From contig JAJTYH010000003.1 of NCBI GenBank assembly GCA_021463465.1, positions 211,549-275,548 on the forward strand: a stretch of 64,000 bases of DNA. The letters are read 5' to 3'. The notes beneath the pieces are model-generated. The model saw only the letters and a list, made by a program, of their open reading frames with translations. It ran no database searches and was not told the origin of the DNA. The translations under genes and the position numbers were made by a program. Of the stretch, positions 1 through 11,148 are shown one piece after another (the first letter of the stretch is position 1; every line of letters begins with the position of its first letter). This DNA is from a bacterium (GTDB taxonomy: Bacteria > Patescibacteriota > Dojkabacteria > SC72).

Positions 1-569
1 ATAGCTCATTGACTAAGATCTTTGGGAAAATCTATGTCAATTCCAAAGGTTTAAATGTGCTTGAGACAATAAATCTAATACTAGATGAGACCCATTATGT
101 GGACTGGATTGATGATGGGAGTGAGCAAGCCCAGTCCAGAGTGGAAAATATTGATGAACTTAAGAGTGTAGCCACATCTTACTCTGTAAGCTCGGGAGAA
201 AATTCGGTTGCGCTATTTTTGGAGGAAATAACATTAATTGAGCAAGAACAGGACAAGAATAAAGATGGTAATGGTAAGGCCGTTACTCTGATGACGCTCC
301 ACTCATCGAAAGGTTTAGAATTCCCTTGCGTAATGATAGTCGGAATGGAAGAGGGAATACTCCCTCATTCAAGGTCTTTCGCTAACGATTCCGAAATGGA
401 GGAGGAACGAAGGCTTTGTTATGTAGGTATAACTAGGGCCAAAGATAGGCTTTGGCTAACATTCGCTGAGGGCAGAAGCTCTATGGGAGGGTTTACTTCG
501 CAGATTCCATCCAGATTTCTAGCCGAGATACCTCAAGATTTATGTGAGTATTATAGCTGGAATGGCTAA
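1..569 (+). CDS. UvrD/PcrA-family DNA helicase, C-terminal fragment (5' end outside window)
   Basis: Frame is open from the window edge; the helicase C-terminal motifs HSSKGLEFP and VGITRAKDRLWLTF are present. Confidence 0.6.
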   Translation, partial: SSLTKIFGKIYVNSKGLNVLETINLILDETHYVDWIDDGSEQAQSRVENIDELKSVATSYSVSSGENSVALFLEEITLIEQEQDKNKDGNGKAVTLMTLHSSKGLEFPCVMIVGMEEGILPHSRSFANDSEMEEERRLCYVGITRAKDRLWLTFAEGRSSMGGFTSQIPSRFLAEIPQDLCEYYSWNG

Positions 570-577
570 GGGTGTAC

Positions 578-1156
578 TCATACTCTTAACTGTCTTCTCC
601 TGACAACAAGCATAATTGTGCAAAGGGTATTGGCTATAAACCATGTTAAAGGATGTAAGGCGGTGTTAATTGAGTAATTCTGTACTGCTGTAAAGGTAAT
701 CCCATGCCTTACAGAGTTCAAAATATATGTGAATAAGGTTTCCTCCTGAGGCTTATTCCATGATTTCCGTATGGTCGGACCTAATGCTATTATCCCAGCA
801 GAAAGTTGGAGCATAGTTGCAATCTCAGGTAACTTTACAACCTTCCATAAAAACACAGCTATTAGTGCAAGGGTCAGAAATAAATAATCAATGGGTGTAA
901 TATTTTTAGATCCGTTTTTTAGTGCCACTAGAGCGATAAAAAGAGTAATTATAGAGGTTGTTAGTGTAATCCATGCACTTGGGCCTGCACCATGTGAGTA
1001 TTGTATTCCAAAGCCGATAAAAGCTAAGAAGGACCATAGAAACCAGCTAAAAATGTGTGGAGTTGTTCTTCCGGAGATAGTGTCTTTAATGTATGGGATA
1101 TAGCCTACAAATATTAGAATAATTCCAACTACCCCGAGTATCTCTTTTATATTCAT
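578..1156 (-). CDS. polytopic membrane protein, unknown function
   Basis: About 6 predicted TM helices; start set at MNIKEIL (internal ATG) so it does not overlap the upstream gene. Confidence 0.45.
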   Translation of the reverse strand: MNIKEILGVVGIILIFVGYIPYIKDTISGRTTPHIFSWFLWSFLAFIGFGIQYSHGAGPSAWITLTTSIITLFIALVALKNGSKNITPIDYLFLTLALIAVFLWKVVKLPEIATMLQLSAGIIALGPTIRKSWNKPQEETLFTYILNSVRHGITFTAVQNYSINTALHPLTWFIANTLCTIMLVVRRRQLRV

Positions 1157-1160
1157 ACTT

Positions 1161-2081
1161 TTAATCTGAATCTCTCTCGAAGGCTTTATTACATGCTGGC
1201 CAGTGATGTGCTGCATTGCCAGGCAAATCGTACATTTTTGAAACTATCTCAATTTGTTCGTGTCCGTCCCAAATATTGGTTCCACCATATGCGAAGTATG
1301 TTGATTTAGTAAACTGATAAAGGCCGTAGTAACTACTTTTATCATTGCCAGAGTTACAGCCTGATTCGCAGTACATGACATATCTCATCCATGCGTTCTT
1401 TTCAGGTTGCTCAGATCGAGGAGCGATTTCATTAATTACCTTATTCCAGTATGCGCAGCTATGAACTGTTACTGGTTTAGTACCAAACCTAACGACCTTA
1501 GTAATAGGGGCAATTACGATTTTTACTGCCGTGACTTCTGATCTGTAGGCAACTTCATCTTTATAAAGAACCCTGATTGTTTTCTCCAGAACTCCATTTT
1601 GACCCTCTACCTCAACAATACTTTGACCTTTATCCATTTTTTCATCCTCAACCCTTTTTACACTGAAAGGTACCATTTCAACCTGTACGAATACTTCGCT
1701 ATGTACTTTGACTATAACGATTTTCCCGTTGTGAGGGATATATTCGTTTGGACCAGGTAAAATTTCGTCATCGCCGTCCAGGCTGTATTTCACTTCGCTA
1801 AGGATATCTTTCGCACTGTCTGAGTAGACTAAATGAGTCTGTTCAAAGTCTAACCCTCTTACAGTAATAGTTTTAGGGGCAAAACCACGCTCGGGAAGAG
1901 TGTCACTCTCGTAAAGTTTTGGATGAACTACATTTGTTTGGCGGTTATCCTGAGCGTAAATACTACTATCTTGCAGAAATACACCCCCGCAAAAAAGTAT
2001 AAATATGCTAAGTAGGAAAAGGGTTCTAATACGCCTCTTGATTTGTTGGAGTTGTTTGCTCGCAGGGAGCAGACGCATCAT
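1161..2081 (-). CDS. RpfB-like secreted protein (G5 domain + Rpf/transglycosylase-like domain)
   Basis: N-terminal TM/signal; a G5-like stretch (VVRFGTKP); C-terminal CESGCNSGN...YYGLYQF..STYFAYGG matches the Rpf transglycosylase-like signature. Confidence 0.6.
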   Translation of the reverse strand: MMRLLPASKQLQQIKRRIRTLFLLSIFILFCGGVFLQDSSIYAQDNRQTNVVHPKLYESDTLPERGFAPKTITVRGLDFEQTHLVYSDSAKDILSEVKYSLDGDDEILPGPNEYIPHNGKIVIVKVHSEVFVQVEMVPFSVKRVEDEKMDKGQSIVEVEGQNGVLEKTIRVLYKDEVAYRSEVTAVKIVIAPITKVVRFGTKPVTVHSCAYWNKVINEIAPRSEQPEKNAWMRYVMYCESGCNSGNDKSSYYGLYQFTKSTYFAYGGTNIWDGHEQIEIVSKMYDLPGNAAHHWPACNKAFERDSD

Positions 2082-2180
2082 TAAGGATTTAAGATGTTAT
2101 TCTTTGCCAATATTTCATTGTATCGGGCAAAGCTCTGGCATTCTAGCAGATATTTGACATCAATTCATCAATTAAATAGT

Positions 2181-3629
2181 ATGAAGTTAATGAAAAATAT
2201 ATGGAAATACGTATTAATTGCTATTCCCGTGCTACTTTTAGTCGCTAGTGGAACCTTCTATTTCATACAGATGCCAACGCAAGAAAAACAGAATCAATAT
2301 GCAGGACTTATTGGTCACGGTAACGCCTTCCTGGAGCAGAAGGAGTATGCTAAATCTTTGAATGCTTTTAATGAAGCTGCATCGCTCTTGCCAGCAAGGT
2401 TTGAGGCATATGAGGGAGCCACCAAGGTTTTGGTGGCAAAAAATCAATTAGGACAATTAGCTACCTTACTAGATAACGCTGGAATGAATTTATCATCTGA
2501 AGAGAGGTCGAAATTGTATGCCATGTTAGGTAATGGCTATTTAGCAATTCAAAACCCTTCTCAGGCACAGATCTACTTTGAAAAAGCCATTGATCAAAGC
2601 TACCAGAATGATGTTGCCAAAGTGGGTTTAGCAAAATCATTATTGATGCAAGGAGATTATATGCGCGCTAGAAACTACTTAGATATTCCTACTAATTCCG
2701 CTTTATATGAAGAAGCATACGTTCTTAAACTCATTTCTAAATTCAGCGATTTAGAAGGGATTAAGGAAGTTTTAGCTGAAAACCTTACTCCAGTGGATCC
2801 GAATATAAAGAAGATTATAGATGATTATAAGAATGTGGCTAAGCGTGATGCTGGTGAAGAGCTTTATATAAAGGCTTTAATCGGAAGAGTTTACGTGAAT
2901 AGCGGATATTCGAAAATGGCGGTTGCGCTACTTGAACTGTCTAAAGACGCTCTTATGGAATACTCTGACGGTTTGTATGTATTGTCAGTGGCATACTTTA
3001 ATTTGGGAGATTACGACGATGTGACAACTTTGCTTAAAGATTTCTCTAATCCCAATGCTGACCATGACTTTTATCTCTTAGCTGCAAGGTCCTACCAATA
3101 TACAGGTGATAATACTGAGGCGATTAAGAGTTTTGACTCAGCGGTTGCCAGCAGTGGGGATAAGAATGAGGAGGTATATAAAGAGTATGTGAAGTTCCTG
3201 CTGAGCGAAGAACAGTACGTTAAAGCTAAAGAAGTATTGGATAAGGCAGATAAGAAATTCGATGAAGTTTGGATTGATACTGCTTATCTTCAAATGTATA
3301 CCTTGCAGAAGAATATTAGTAAGGCTTCTACTTATATAGAAAAGCTTTCAAAGGTTTCTGATATGACTGATTTAGAGAAAAAGGAGTACATGTACTGGGC
3401 TATCAGTCATTATATTGATCAGCAAAAAAATAATGATGCCATAATCGTTTTAGCCAAATTAAAGGAGTTGGATAAACAGAATGCAGAGTACTACTTACTT
3501 GCCGGGCGATTACACTTACAAACGGCAAATGTAACAGAGGCTAAGATTGAACTCGAGCAGGCTATTGACTACGATCTCACTGGCGAGGTGGTGGAAGAAG
3601 CGAAGAAGTTATTGTCACGGGTCAACTAG
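2181..3629 (+). CDS. TPR-repeat protein with N-terminal TM anchor
   Basis: Repeated 34-aa A/Y/L-rich TPR-like units; start at MKLMKNIW, followed by a hydrophobic helix. Confidence 0.55.
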   Translation: MKLMKNIWKYVLIAIPVLLLVASGTFYFIQMPTQEKQNQYAGLIGHGNAFLEQKEYAKSLNAFNEAASLLPARFEAYEGATKVLVAKNQLGQLATLLDNAGMNLSSEERSKLYAMLGNGYLAIQNPSQAQIYFEKAIDQSYQNDVAKVGLAKSLLMQGDYMRARNYLDIPTNSALYEEAYVLKLISKFSDLEGIKEVLAENLTPVDPNIKKIIDDYKNVAKRDAGEELYIKALIGRVYVNSGYSKMAVALLELSKDALMEYSDGLYVLSVAYFNLGDYDDVTTLLKDFSNPNADHDFYLLAARSYQYTGDNTEAIKSFDSAVASSGDKNEEVYKEYVKFLLSEEQYVKAKEVLDKADKKFDEVWIDTAYLQMYTLQKNISKASTYIEKLSKVSDMTDLEKKEYMYWAISHYIDQQKNNDAIIVLAKLKELDKQNAEYYLLAGRLHLQTANVTEAKIELEQAIDYDLTGEVVEEAKKLLSRVN

Positions 3630-3694
3630 ATTGCTATAATTGCGCCGTTAATTCCCTTAAAAGAGTGAAGAATAATTTTGTATAAACTATATTT

Positions 3695-5797
3695 ATGGCG
3701 TCCCAAACGTATAATGTTAAATTTGATTTAGAGAAGATTCGAAATATCGGAATCATTGCTCATATCGATGCAGGTAAGACTACTACTACTGAACGACTAC
3801 TCTTTTTCACAGGTCAAAAACATAAGATTGGTGAGGTGCACGATGGTGCAGCCACTACTGATTTCATGGTACAGGAGCGAGAGCGTGGTATTACTATCAT
3901 GTCAGCAGCTGTAACGTGTTTTTGGACTTTGGACGGTGTACAGCACCGAATTAATATTATTGATACTCCAGGGCATGTGGACTTCACAGCGGAGGTCGAA
4001 CGATCGCTTCGTGTACTTGATGGTGCCGTTGTCATTTTTGACGGTAAGATGGGTGTTGAACCTCAGTCTGAGACTGTATGGCGTCAAGCTTCTAAATATA
4101 ATGTGCCTAGAATGTGCTTTGTTAATAAGCTTAATCTTTTAGGTGGAGACTTTTATATGAGTTTGGCTTCTATTAAGGAGCGACTTAGTCCTAAGGCTTT
4201 GGCATTGACTTTGCCAATTGGAAAAGAGACTGAACTCAGAGGGTTTGTCGACTTGATTGATATGAAGGCTTATATGTATGACAATATCGACTCAACTGAG
4301 CTTCGTGCAGAAGAGATTCCAGCTGATTTAGTCGAAAAAGCCAAAGAATTCAGACATACATTGGTTGAAAGGGTAGCTGAGCAAGACGATGCGATGATGG
4401 AGAAGTATTTCGCTGGTGAAGAATTGACTGTCGAAGAACTTCGAAAGGGACTGCGAAAAGGAACGCTTAGTGGAGAAATATTCCCTGTTATGGGTGGAGA
4501 TTCTCGTACAGTAATCGTTCATAAGCTGCTTGATTATATTTTAGTGTGTTTGCCATCTCCAAAAGATTTACCTCCTGTTAAGGGAACTCACCCTAAGACT
4601 GAGGCAGAGGTAGAGCGTAAAGTTGATGAGAATGAGGCTTTCTCAGGTTTAGTGTTTAAAATTGTTTCTGATACACATATTGGAACTCTTTCATACTTCC
4701 GAATCTATTCTGGAAAACTTTCGGCTGGTTCTTACGTCTACAATTCAACTAGAAATATTCGGGAAAGAGTGGGCCGTCTTGTACTTATGCATGCTGATGA
4801 TAGAGAAGAGGTGCCTGAGCTTAGAGTCGGGGATATTGGTGCAATCGTAGGCCTTAAAGATTCGTTAACTGGAGATACATTGTGTGACGATGCAAATCCT
4901 ATTGTGCTTGAGAAGATTAAGTTCGCTGAGCCAGTTGTTTCTGAAGCTATTGAGCCTGTGACTAAGTCTGATCAAGAGAAGATGGGTATGGCGCTTGCAA
5001 GACTTGCTAAGGAAGATCCAACTTTCTTAGTCTCGAGTAACTCTGAAACAGGCCAGACTATTATTTCAGGAATGGGCGAGCTTCATCTTGAGATTATGGT
5101 AGATCGTCTTAATCGAGAATTTGGCGCTCAGGTGAAAGTTGGTAAGCCACAGGTTGCATACCGAGAAACTGTAAAGCAGTCCGTGAAGATGGAGGGAAGG
5201 TATATCAAGCAATCCGGAGGTAAAGGTCAATATGGTCACTGCTGGTTGAGAATTGAGCCTAATGAGAAGGGTAAAGGTGTTGAATTTATAAACGAGATCA
5301 AGGGTGGAGCTATTCCTAGAGAGTATATCCCCTCAATTGAGAAAGGTGTAAAGGAAGCTTCCCAGTCGGGTGTAATTGCTGGCTATCCTGTGGTTGATGT
5401 CAAGGTTTTCGTTTATGATGGTTCTTATCATGATGTTGACTCTTCTGAAGCAGCCTTTAAAATTGCTGGTTCAATGGCGTTTAGAGATGCATGTAAGATT
5501 GCAAATCCTGTTCTACTTGAACCTATTATGGATGTCGAGGTCACTGTTCCTGATAAATTTGTAGGTGATGTCACAGGTTCGCTTAGTAGTAAGCGTGGTC
5601 AGATTCTTAAGACTGAGGTTAAAGGTAATCTTCATGTGATTAGTGCTCTTGTGCCTTTGGCAGAACTCTTTGGATATACTACTGAACTTAGGTCGATAAC
5701 TAGCGGTCGAGGATCGGCTTCGGTCGAGCCTTCCAACTATTCTGAAGTACCTAGAAACGTCGCAGAAGAGATTGCTGGGGTACGTGCTGGTAAATAA
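3695..5797 (+). CDS. fusA: elongation factor G
   Basis: [13 protein letters not shown]-domain motifs; 700 aa. Confidence 0.97.
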   Translation: MASQTYNVKFDLEKIRNIGIIAHIDAGKTTTTERLLFFTGQKHKIGEVHDGAATTDFMVQERERGITIMSAAVTCFWTLDGVQHRINIIDTPGHVDFTAEVERSLRVLDGAVVIFDGKMGVEPQSETVWRQASKYNVPRMCFVNKLNLLGGDFYMSLASIKERLSPKALALTLPIGKETELRGFVDLIDMKAYMYDNIDSTELRAEEIPADLVEKAKEFRHTLVERVAEQDDAMMEKYFAGEELTVEELRKGLRKGTLSGEIFPVMGGDSRTVIVHKLLDYILVCLPSPKDLPPVKGTHPKTEAEVERKVDENEAFSGLVFKIVSDTHIGTLSYFRIYSGKLSAGSYVYNSTRNIRERVGRLVLMHADDREEVPELRVGDIGAIVGLKDSLTGDTLCDDANPIVLEKIKFAEPVVSEAIEPVTKSDQEKMGMALARLAKEDPTFLVSSNSETGQTIISGMGELHLEIMVDRLNREFGAQVKVGKPQVAYRETVKQSVKMEGRYIKQSGGKGQYGHCWLRIEPNEKGKGVEFINEIKGGAIPREYIPSIEKGVKEASQSGVIAGYPVVDVKVFVYDGSYHDVDSSEAAFKIAGSMAFRDACKIANPVLLEPIMDVEVTVPDKFVGDVTGSLSSKRGQILKTEVKGNLHVISALVPLAELFGYTTELRSITSGRGSASVEPSNYSEVPRNVAEEIAGVRAGK

Positions 5798-5929
5798 CCT
5801 AGAGATTTAGTATATACAGCTTGAAAGGTGAAGGCGTTTTTGCTAAGATACGATGCAGTTTTGAGTGAAGCCTTAAAGTTTGACTTAAGACTGCCTTAAA
5901 AAATCAAATTAAATTAATTAAAAAATATA

Positions 5930-7096
5930 ATGGCTGATTTTGTAAGAACAAAGCCACATATGAACATTGGTACACTTGGTCACGTCGACCACGGTAAGAC
6001 CACACTTGTTCGTGGTATTTTGCGAGCATTCTCTCCGGATGCTGATAAGTTCATCGATAAGCTTGATAAAGACCCAATCGCAAGGGCTAAAGCTATTACT
6101 ATCTCTGTAGCTCACGTAGAGTTTGAGTCTGACAATAGACACTATGCTTTGGTAGATTGCCCAGGTCACAGAGATTATATTAAGAACATGATTACGGGTG
6201 CCGCACAGATGGACGGTGCTATTCTTGTTATCTCCAGCTCTGATGGTGCTATGCCTCAGACTAGAGAGCACGTATTGCTTGCTAAGCAGGTCGGTGTGCC
6301 TAAGATTGTTGTTTTTATTAACGATTTCGGTGGTACTGATCCTGAAATCCTTGAGCTTATCAAGTCTGACGTTTCTGATGTGCTTGATAAATATGGTTAC
6401 GGTAAAGATGCTCCTATTGTTATCGGAAGTGCACTTGCTGCATTCGAAGGTAAAGAGGAAGGTATTGCTAAGATTAAAGAGCTTATTGCTGCTGTTGATG
6501 CTTATATTCCTGAGCCTCAGCGAGCTTTGGATGAACCATTCCTTATGCCTATTGAGGATGTATTCTCAATTGAAGGCCGAGGAACAGTTGTAACCGGAAG
6601 AATCGAAAGAGGGAAAGTTACTGTAGGTGATGAGGTTGACGTACTCGGGCTTGGTAAGGCTGACCAAAAGACAGCTGTTACAGGTGTTGAGATGTTTAAT
6701 AAGTCTCTTAAGGAAGGTATTGCTGGAGATAACGTAGGTATTTTGCTTAGAGGTCTCAAGCGAGAAGATGTAGAAAGAGGCCAGGTACTCTGTAAGCCAG
6801 CTTCAGTAAAAACACACTCTGAATTCAAGGCTTCAGTTTATATCCTTAGCAAAGAGGAAGGTGGAAGACACACAGCCTTTGTATCAGGATATAAGCCTCA
6901 GTTCTATGTTAGAACCGCCGATGTTACAGGTGCTGTGACACTTGGTGATGGTGTTGAAATGGTAAACCCAGGAGATAACGTTGAATTCACCGTTGCTTTG
7001 GTAACTCCGGTTGCCATTGAGAAAGGTCTTAGATTTGCTATCCGAGAGGGTGGTCAAACCGTGGGCCAAGGTGTTGTAACGGATATCGTTAAGTAA
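5930..7096 (+). CDS. tuf: elongation factor Tu
   Basis: [18 protein letters not shown], NKxD motifs; 388 aa. Confidence 0.97.
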   Translation: MADFVRTKPHMNIGTLGHVDHGKTTLVRGILRAFSPDADKFIDKLDKDPIARAKAITISVAHVEFESDNRHYALVDCPGHRDYIKNMITGAAQMDGAILVISSSDGAMPQTREHVLLAKQVGVPKIVVFINDFGGTDPEILELIKSDVSDVLDKYGYGKDAPIVIGSALAAFEGKEEGIAKIKELIAAVDAYIPEPQRALDEPFLMPIEDVFSIEGRGTVVTGRIERGKVTVGDEVDVLGLGKADQKTAVTGVEMFNKSLKEGIAGDNVGILLRGLKREDVERGQVLCKPASVKTHSEFKASVYILSKEEGGRHTAFVSGYKPQFYVRTADVTGAVTLGDGVEMVNPGDNVEFTVALVTPVAIEKGLRFAIREGGQTVGQGVVTDIVK

Positions 7097-7106
7097 GAGA
7101 TGGGAA

Positions 7107-7135
7107 AGAGTGGGGGCGACCCCACTCTTTTATCA
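7107..7135 (+). terminator. rho-independent terminator after tuf
   Basis: Stem AGAGTGGGG / CCCCACTCT with loop GCGA, followed by TTTTAT. Confidence 0.55.
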
Positions 7136-7163
7136 TATTAATTTATTAGCTCTTTGATCGAAA

Positions 7164-7475
7164 ATGGCAAGTCCAGCTGCAAGAATTAGAGTTAAGCTAA
7201 AAGGCTACGACGCAGTTGTTGTTGATCGCTCTGCGAGGAGTATTATCGAAACCGCTATAAGTACTGGTGCGAAGGTTGCAGGACCTATTCCTCTTCCCAC
7301 TAAGCGAAGAAAGACTGCAGTGAATCGCTCTACGTTCATATACAAAAGTTCCATTGAACATTTTGAAATTCGTGCACATAAGCGAATTGTAGATATTATT
7401 GATCCTACGCCTAAGACAATTGATGCACTACAGCATCTTCAAATGCCAGCAGGTGTAGGTATTGAAATACAGTAA
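7164..7475 (+). CDS. rpsJ: 30S ribosomal protein S10
   Basis: IRVKLKGYD... S10 signature. Confidence 0.95.
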   Translation: MASPAARIRVKLKGYDAVVVDRSARSIIETAISTGAKVAGPIPLPTKRRKTAVNRSTFIYKSSIEHFEIRAHKRIVDIIDPTPKTIDALQHLQMPAGVGIEIQ

Positions 7476-7480
7476 ATATT

Positions 7481-8059
7481 ATGAAAATGGTAATAGGTGT
7501 GAAAAAAGGAATGACCAGAGTTTTCAAGGCAGATAAATCTGTTCCTGTTACCGTTGTTGATATTACTAGTTGCGTGGTTGCGAACAAAGATGCTAAAGGG
7601 ATTGAGCTTGGTGTGGGTAAAGTGAAAGGAAATAAGGCTTTGCAAGGTAAGTATGCCAAATTGGGATATGTACCTGCGTTCAGAGAGTATTTCATCGGGG
7701 AATGGGCGGATTTAAATATTGGAGATGCGGTCAAACCTGAGGATTTTGCTTCAGGTCTGAAAGTATCTGTTTCGGGAGTAAGTAAAGGAAAAGGTTTTGC
7801 AGGTGTAATCAAGCGCTGGGGATTTAGTGGTGGTCCAAAGACTCATGGTCAGTCAAATAAGTGGAGATCACCTGGCTCTATCGGTGCTGGTACAACTCCA
7901 GGGCGTGTTCAAAAAGGTTTGAAGATGTCAGGACGAATGGGCGGTGACCGAGTGACTTTAAGAAATAGGGAAATTGTTGAAGTGGTAGAGAATTATCTTT
8001 TGGTCTCTGGTCCGCTTCCTGGAAGCATTGGTAAACCGTTAGTTATAGTTACGCAGTAA
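7481..8059 (+). CDS. rplC: 50S ribosomal protein L3
   Basis: N-terminal GVKKGMTRVF. Confidence 0.93.
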   Translation: MKMVIGVKKGMTRVFKADKSVPVTVVDITSCVVANKDAKGIELGVGKVKGNKALQGKYAKLGYVPAFREYFIGEWADLNIGDAVKPEDFASGLKVSVSGVSKGKGFAGVIKRWGFSGGPKTHGQSNKWRSPGSIGAGTTPGRVQKGLKMSGRMGGDRVTLRNREIVEVVENYLLVSGPLPGSIGKPLVIVTQ

Positions 8060-8706
8060 TGGCTACGAAAAAAGTTACAACCAAAACTAAAACAGTGAAA
8101 AAGGCCAAAGAGGTTAAGTCAGAGGTAAATGTAGAGCTTAATCCTAAGGTTTGGTCAGTTCCTTACAAGTCCGACTTGGTGGCTCAGGTCCTTTATGTGA
8201 TGCGCTCGAACGCTCGTCAGGGCGATGCTCATGCTAAAACCCGTGCAGATGTACGAGGTGGTGGTAGAAAACCATGGAAGCAAAAGGGAACTGGTCGTGC
8301 CCGAGCTGGTTCTATTCGGTCTCCGCTTTGGGCTAAAGGTGGTGTAACTTTTGTGCCTAATCTCAGAAATTGGGCTCGGAAGATTAATCGCAAGATGAGA
8401 AAACTGGCTGTTGCCGTGATTCTTTCTGAGAGATTACGAAAAGAAAATTTGGAATTTGTGGCAATCGCTGAGAAGAAAGAGATGTCAGAGACTAGAAAGT
8501 TGTTTACCAGTATGTTAGGTGAGAGACAGCAAAGTTTGGTTGTCACTAGCAATCCTGTTGTTGAGATGGCTCTGCGTAATGTAGGAAAGATTTCGGTCGC
8601 TCGACCTGAGAATTTGAACGTATTTGTACTTGTGTTAGCGAAGAAAATCGTTATTGATAATGAATGTTTAGATGTAATTGAAAAGAATGTTTTAAATGAA
8701 AAGTAA
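8059..8706 (+). CDS. rplD: 50S ribosomal protein L4
   Basis: Position between L3 and L23; L4-like composition; TAATG overlap with rplC. Confidence 0.9.
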   Translation: MATKKVTTKTKTVKKAKEVKSEVNVELNPKVWSVPYKSDLVAQVLYVMRSNARQGDAHAKTRADVRGGGRKPWKQKGTGRARAGSIRSPLWAKGGVTFVPNLRNWARKINRKMRKLAVAVILSERLRKENLEFVAIAEKKEMSETRKLFTSMLGERQQSLVVTSNPVVEMALRNVGKISVARPENLNVFVLVLAKKIVIDNECLDVIEKNVLNEK

Positions 8707-8986
8707 TCTTTTAATACAACCTGTGATTTCAGAGAAGTCATATGTTTTGGCTAATTCCCAAAATAAGTATGTCTTTTTGGTGGATGTAAAAGCTTCCAGA
8801 ATTGAAATTGAAAAAGAAGTGGAGAAAAGATACAAAGTTAAGGTTGTGAGCGTGAATATAGTTCGAAAACCAGGAAAGCTTAAAAGAGATTGGAGATTGA
8901 ATAAAAAATATCGAAAAGAGGATCAGAAAAAGGCCGTTGTGACTTTGAAAAAAGGAGATAAAATTGATGAATTCTTGAACATTTAA
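8696..8986 (+). CDS. rplW: 50S ribosomal protein L23
   Basis: Operon position; L23-like. Confidence 0.88.
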   Translation: MKSNLLIQPVISEKSYVLANSQNKYVFLVDVKASRIEIEKEVEKRYKVKVVSVNIVRKPGKLKRDWRLNKKYRKEDQKKAVVTLKKGDKIDEFLNI

Positions 8987-8988
8987 TT

Positions 8989-9837
8989 ATGGTAAAGACT
9001 TTTAGACCAAAAACACCTGCACTCCGATTCACCAAATTGGCAGATAGGTCAATGTTAGAGAAGCAAAGTGGCCCTAGGGGTTTATCTTATGCTAAGAAGC
9101 AGAATTCAGGTCGAAATAATCAAGGTAAAATTACTGTAAGACATAGAGGCGGTAGTGGAGTTAAACGAAGAGTCCGTATGGTTGATTTCAAGCGTAACAA
9201 ATTTGATATCCCTGCTAAGGTTGCAGGTCTTTTTTATGACCCTAACAGAAGCGCCTTTTTAGCTCTTCTTAACTATGCAGATGGCGAAAAACGATATATA
9301 ATTGCCCCCAGAGGTTTGAAGGGTGGAGATAGTGTTGTTTCGGGTGAGAAAGTAGATATCCTTCCAGGAAATGCGATGCGAGTTAAGAATATTCCGTCAG
9401 GAACAGTTGTTAACAGCGTAGAGATTACTCCAGGCGCTGGCGCCAAATTAGGAAGATCTGCTGGTCAAGCAATTACGGTTTTGGGTGTTGATGGTAGTGG
9501 AAAATATGTTCAGCTTCGAATGCCTTCAGGGGAAATTCGATTGGTATTTGCAGATGCGATGGCTACTATTGGACAGGTCGGTAATGAAGATCACTTGAAT
9601 GTGAAACTTGGTAAAGCAGGTAGAAAGCGATTAAAAGGTTGGAGACCAACAGTCAGAGGTATGGTAATGCACCCAGCCCAGCACCCGCATGGTGGAGGTG
9701 AAGGTAAAAGCGTTATTGGTAGAGCGAAAGATATTTGGGGACACAGAATCGGAACCCGAACCAGAAAGAATAAGCGAACCGACAGAATGATTGTAAGACG
9801 AAGACGAACTAAGACCAGACCGTTTGCTAAGAAATAA
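8989..9837 (+). CDS. rplB: 50S ribosomal protein L2
   Basis: MHPAQHPHGGGEGK motif. Confidence 0.95.
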   Translation: MVKTFRPKTPALRFTKLADRSMLEKQSGPRGLSYAKKQNSGRNNQGKITVRHRGGSGVKRRVRMVDFKRNKFDIPAKVAGLFYDPNRSAFLALLNYADGEKRYIIAPRGLKGGDSVVSGEKVDILPGNAMRVKNIPSGTVVNSVEITPGAGAKLGRSAGQAITVLGVDGSGKYVQLRMPSGEIRLVFADAMATIGQVGNEDHLNVKLGKAGRKRLKGWRPTVRGMVMHPAQHPHGGGEGKSVIGRAKDIWGHRIGTRTRKNKRTDRMIVRRRRTKTRPFAKK

Positions 9838-9853
9838 TTTAGACTAAAAGAAA

Positions 9854-10159
9854 ATGTCTCGATCACTTAAAAAAGGACCATATGTAGACGCGAAATTACA
9901 GAAGAAGGTTTTGGCTGCAAAGGCTAGTGGTGCTCGTACTGTGATTAAAACCTGGGCAAGAGCTTCTATGATTACCCCTGAGATGGTAGGTTTGACAATT
10001 GGAGTACACAATGGGAAAAAACATGAGCCAGTTTTGGTTTTGGAATCAATGGTTGGTCATCGTTTGGGAGAATTTTCACTTACTCGGAAATTCTTAGGTC
10101 ACGCTAAGAAGGGTAAGATTGCTAAAGTTTATGGTGGAAGTGGTCGTTTTGAAGAATAA
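9854..10159 (+). CDS. rpsS: 30S ribosomal protein S19
   Basis: [12 protein letters not shown]... signature. Confidence 0.95.
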   Translation: MSRSLKKGPYVDAKLQKKVLAAKASGARTVIKTWARASMITPEMVGLTIGVHNGKKHEPVLVLESMVGHRLGEFSLTRKFLGHAKKGKIAKVYGGSGRFEE

Positions 10160-10497
10160 TGGATAAAACAGTAAAAATACAAATCAAGAATATTCCCGTT
10201 TCCCCTTACAAAACTAGGCTTGTAGCTGATTTGGTCAGAAATATGGAAGTAGAGAAAGCACTTGATACTTTGAATTTTTTGAATAAGAAAGCCGCTGTAC
10301 ATATGAAAAAGGCTTTGGTTAGTGCTATAGCCAGCGCAAAGCAGATATTGGGAGTTGAAGCTAAAGGGTTAAAGATTGCCAAATTGACAGTTGGTGAAGG
10401 TGTTAAACGACCAGGTGTTCGTTTCGAGTCTCGAGGTCGGGCTACCAGGTTAATTACCCGAAGGTCGCACATTAATTTAGAGTTAAAAGCTAAGTAG
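10159..10497 (+). CDS. rplV: 50S ribosomal protein L22
   Basis: Operon position; L22-like. Confidence 0.92.
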   Translation: MDKTVKIQIKNIPVSPYKTRLVADLVRNMEVEKALDTLNFLNKKAAVHMKKALVSAIASAKQILGVEAKGLKIAKLTVGEGVKRPGVRFESRGRATRLITRRSHINLELKAK

Positions 10498-10498
10498 T

Positions 10499-11143
10499 AT
10501 GGGTCATAAGATAAATCCAAATGCAATTCGAATTGGTGTAAACAAAGGCTGGTCTTCAGTCTGGTATGCCAATAAGAGAGATTTCTCAGGTGAGTTAGGC
10601 TTGGATTTAAAGCTTAAGGATGCTGTGAGAAAAGCTTTGAATATGTCGGGTTTGGACAGTGTAAAGATTTACAAATATTCAAACCGTGTTGATATCGAAG
10701 CGCTAGTTGCAAGACCTGGTGTAGCTATTGGTCGGGCAGGTGCAGGTATCGATGAGCTGCAGAAGAAACTGAAGAAGATAGCCAAGATGGATGTTGAAGT
10801 AAAGATTAAAGAGGTTAAAAAACCTGATATTTCAGCACGAGTTATTGCTAGAAATATTGCGGATGGTATCGAAAGAAGGCAGCCTTCAAAACTTCTTATT
10901 GCTGCAGCAAAAGAAAAAGCTATGATGGCTGGAGCAACCGGAATTAAGATTCAAGTTGGTGGCCGAATCAATAATGCCTCTCAAGCAAGAAAGCAGAAAG
11001 ATGGAGCGGGTCCCGTGCCAAGGCAAACTCTCCGAGCTAACATTGATTATGCATTAGAAGTCGCTCAAACCGCTGATGCTGGTTTGTACGGCGTTAAGGT
11101 TTGGGTATATAAGCCACAGGAAAATACAGATGAGACTAAGTAA
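10499..11143 (+). CDS. rpsC: 30S ribosomal protein S3
   Basis: MGHKINPNAIRIG, KH domain. Confidence 0.95.
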   Translation: MGHKINPNAIRIGVNKGWSSVWYANKRDFSGELGLDLKLKDAVRKALNMSGLDSVKIYKYSNRVDIEALVARPGVAIGRAGAGIDELQKKLKKIAKMDVEVKIKEVKKPDISARVIARNIADGIERRQPSKLLIAAAKEKAMMAGATGIKIQVGGRINNASQARKQKDGAGPVPRQTLRANIDYALEVAQTADAGLYGVKVWVYKPQENTDETK

Positions 11144-11148
11144 AAATT

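Noticed and set aside
6198-6828. Antisense and alternative-frame ORFs inside tuf (6198-6593 +, 6517-6828 -); similar ones inside fusA, rplD, rpsC/rplP, secY and others
   Set aside because: They are embedded in strongly conserved protein-coding genes. Low-complexity translations; an artefact of long open frames.
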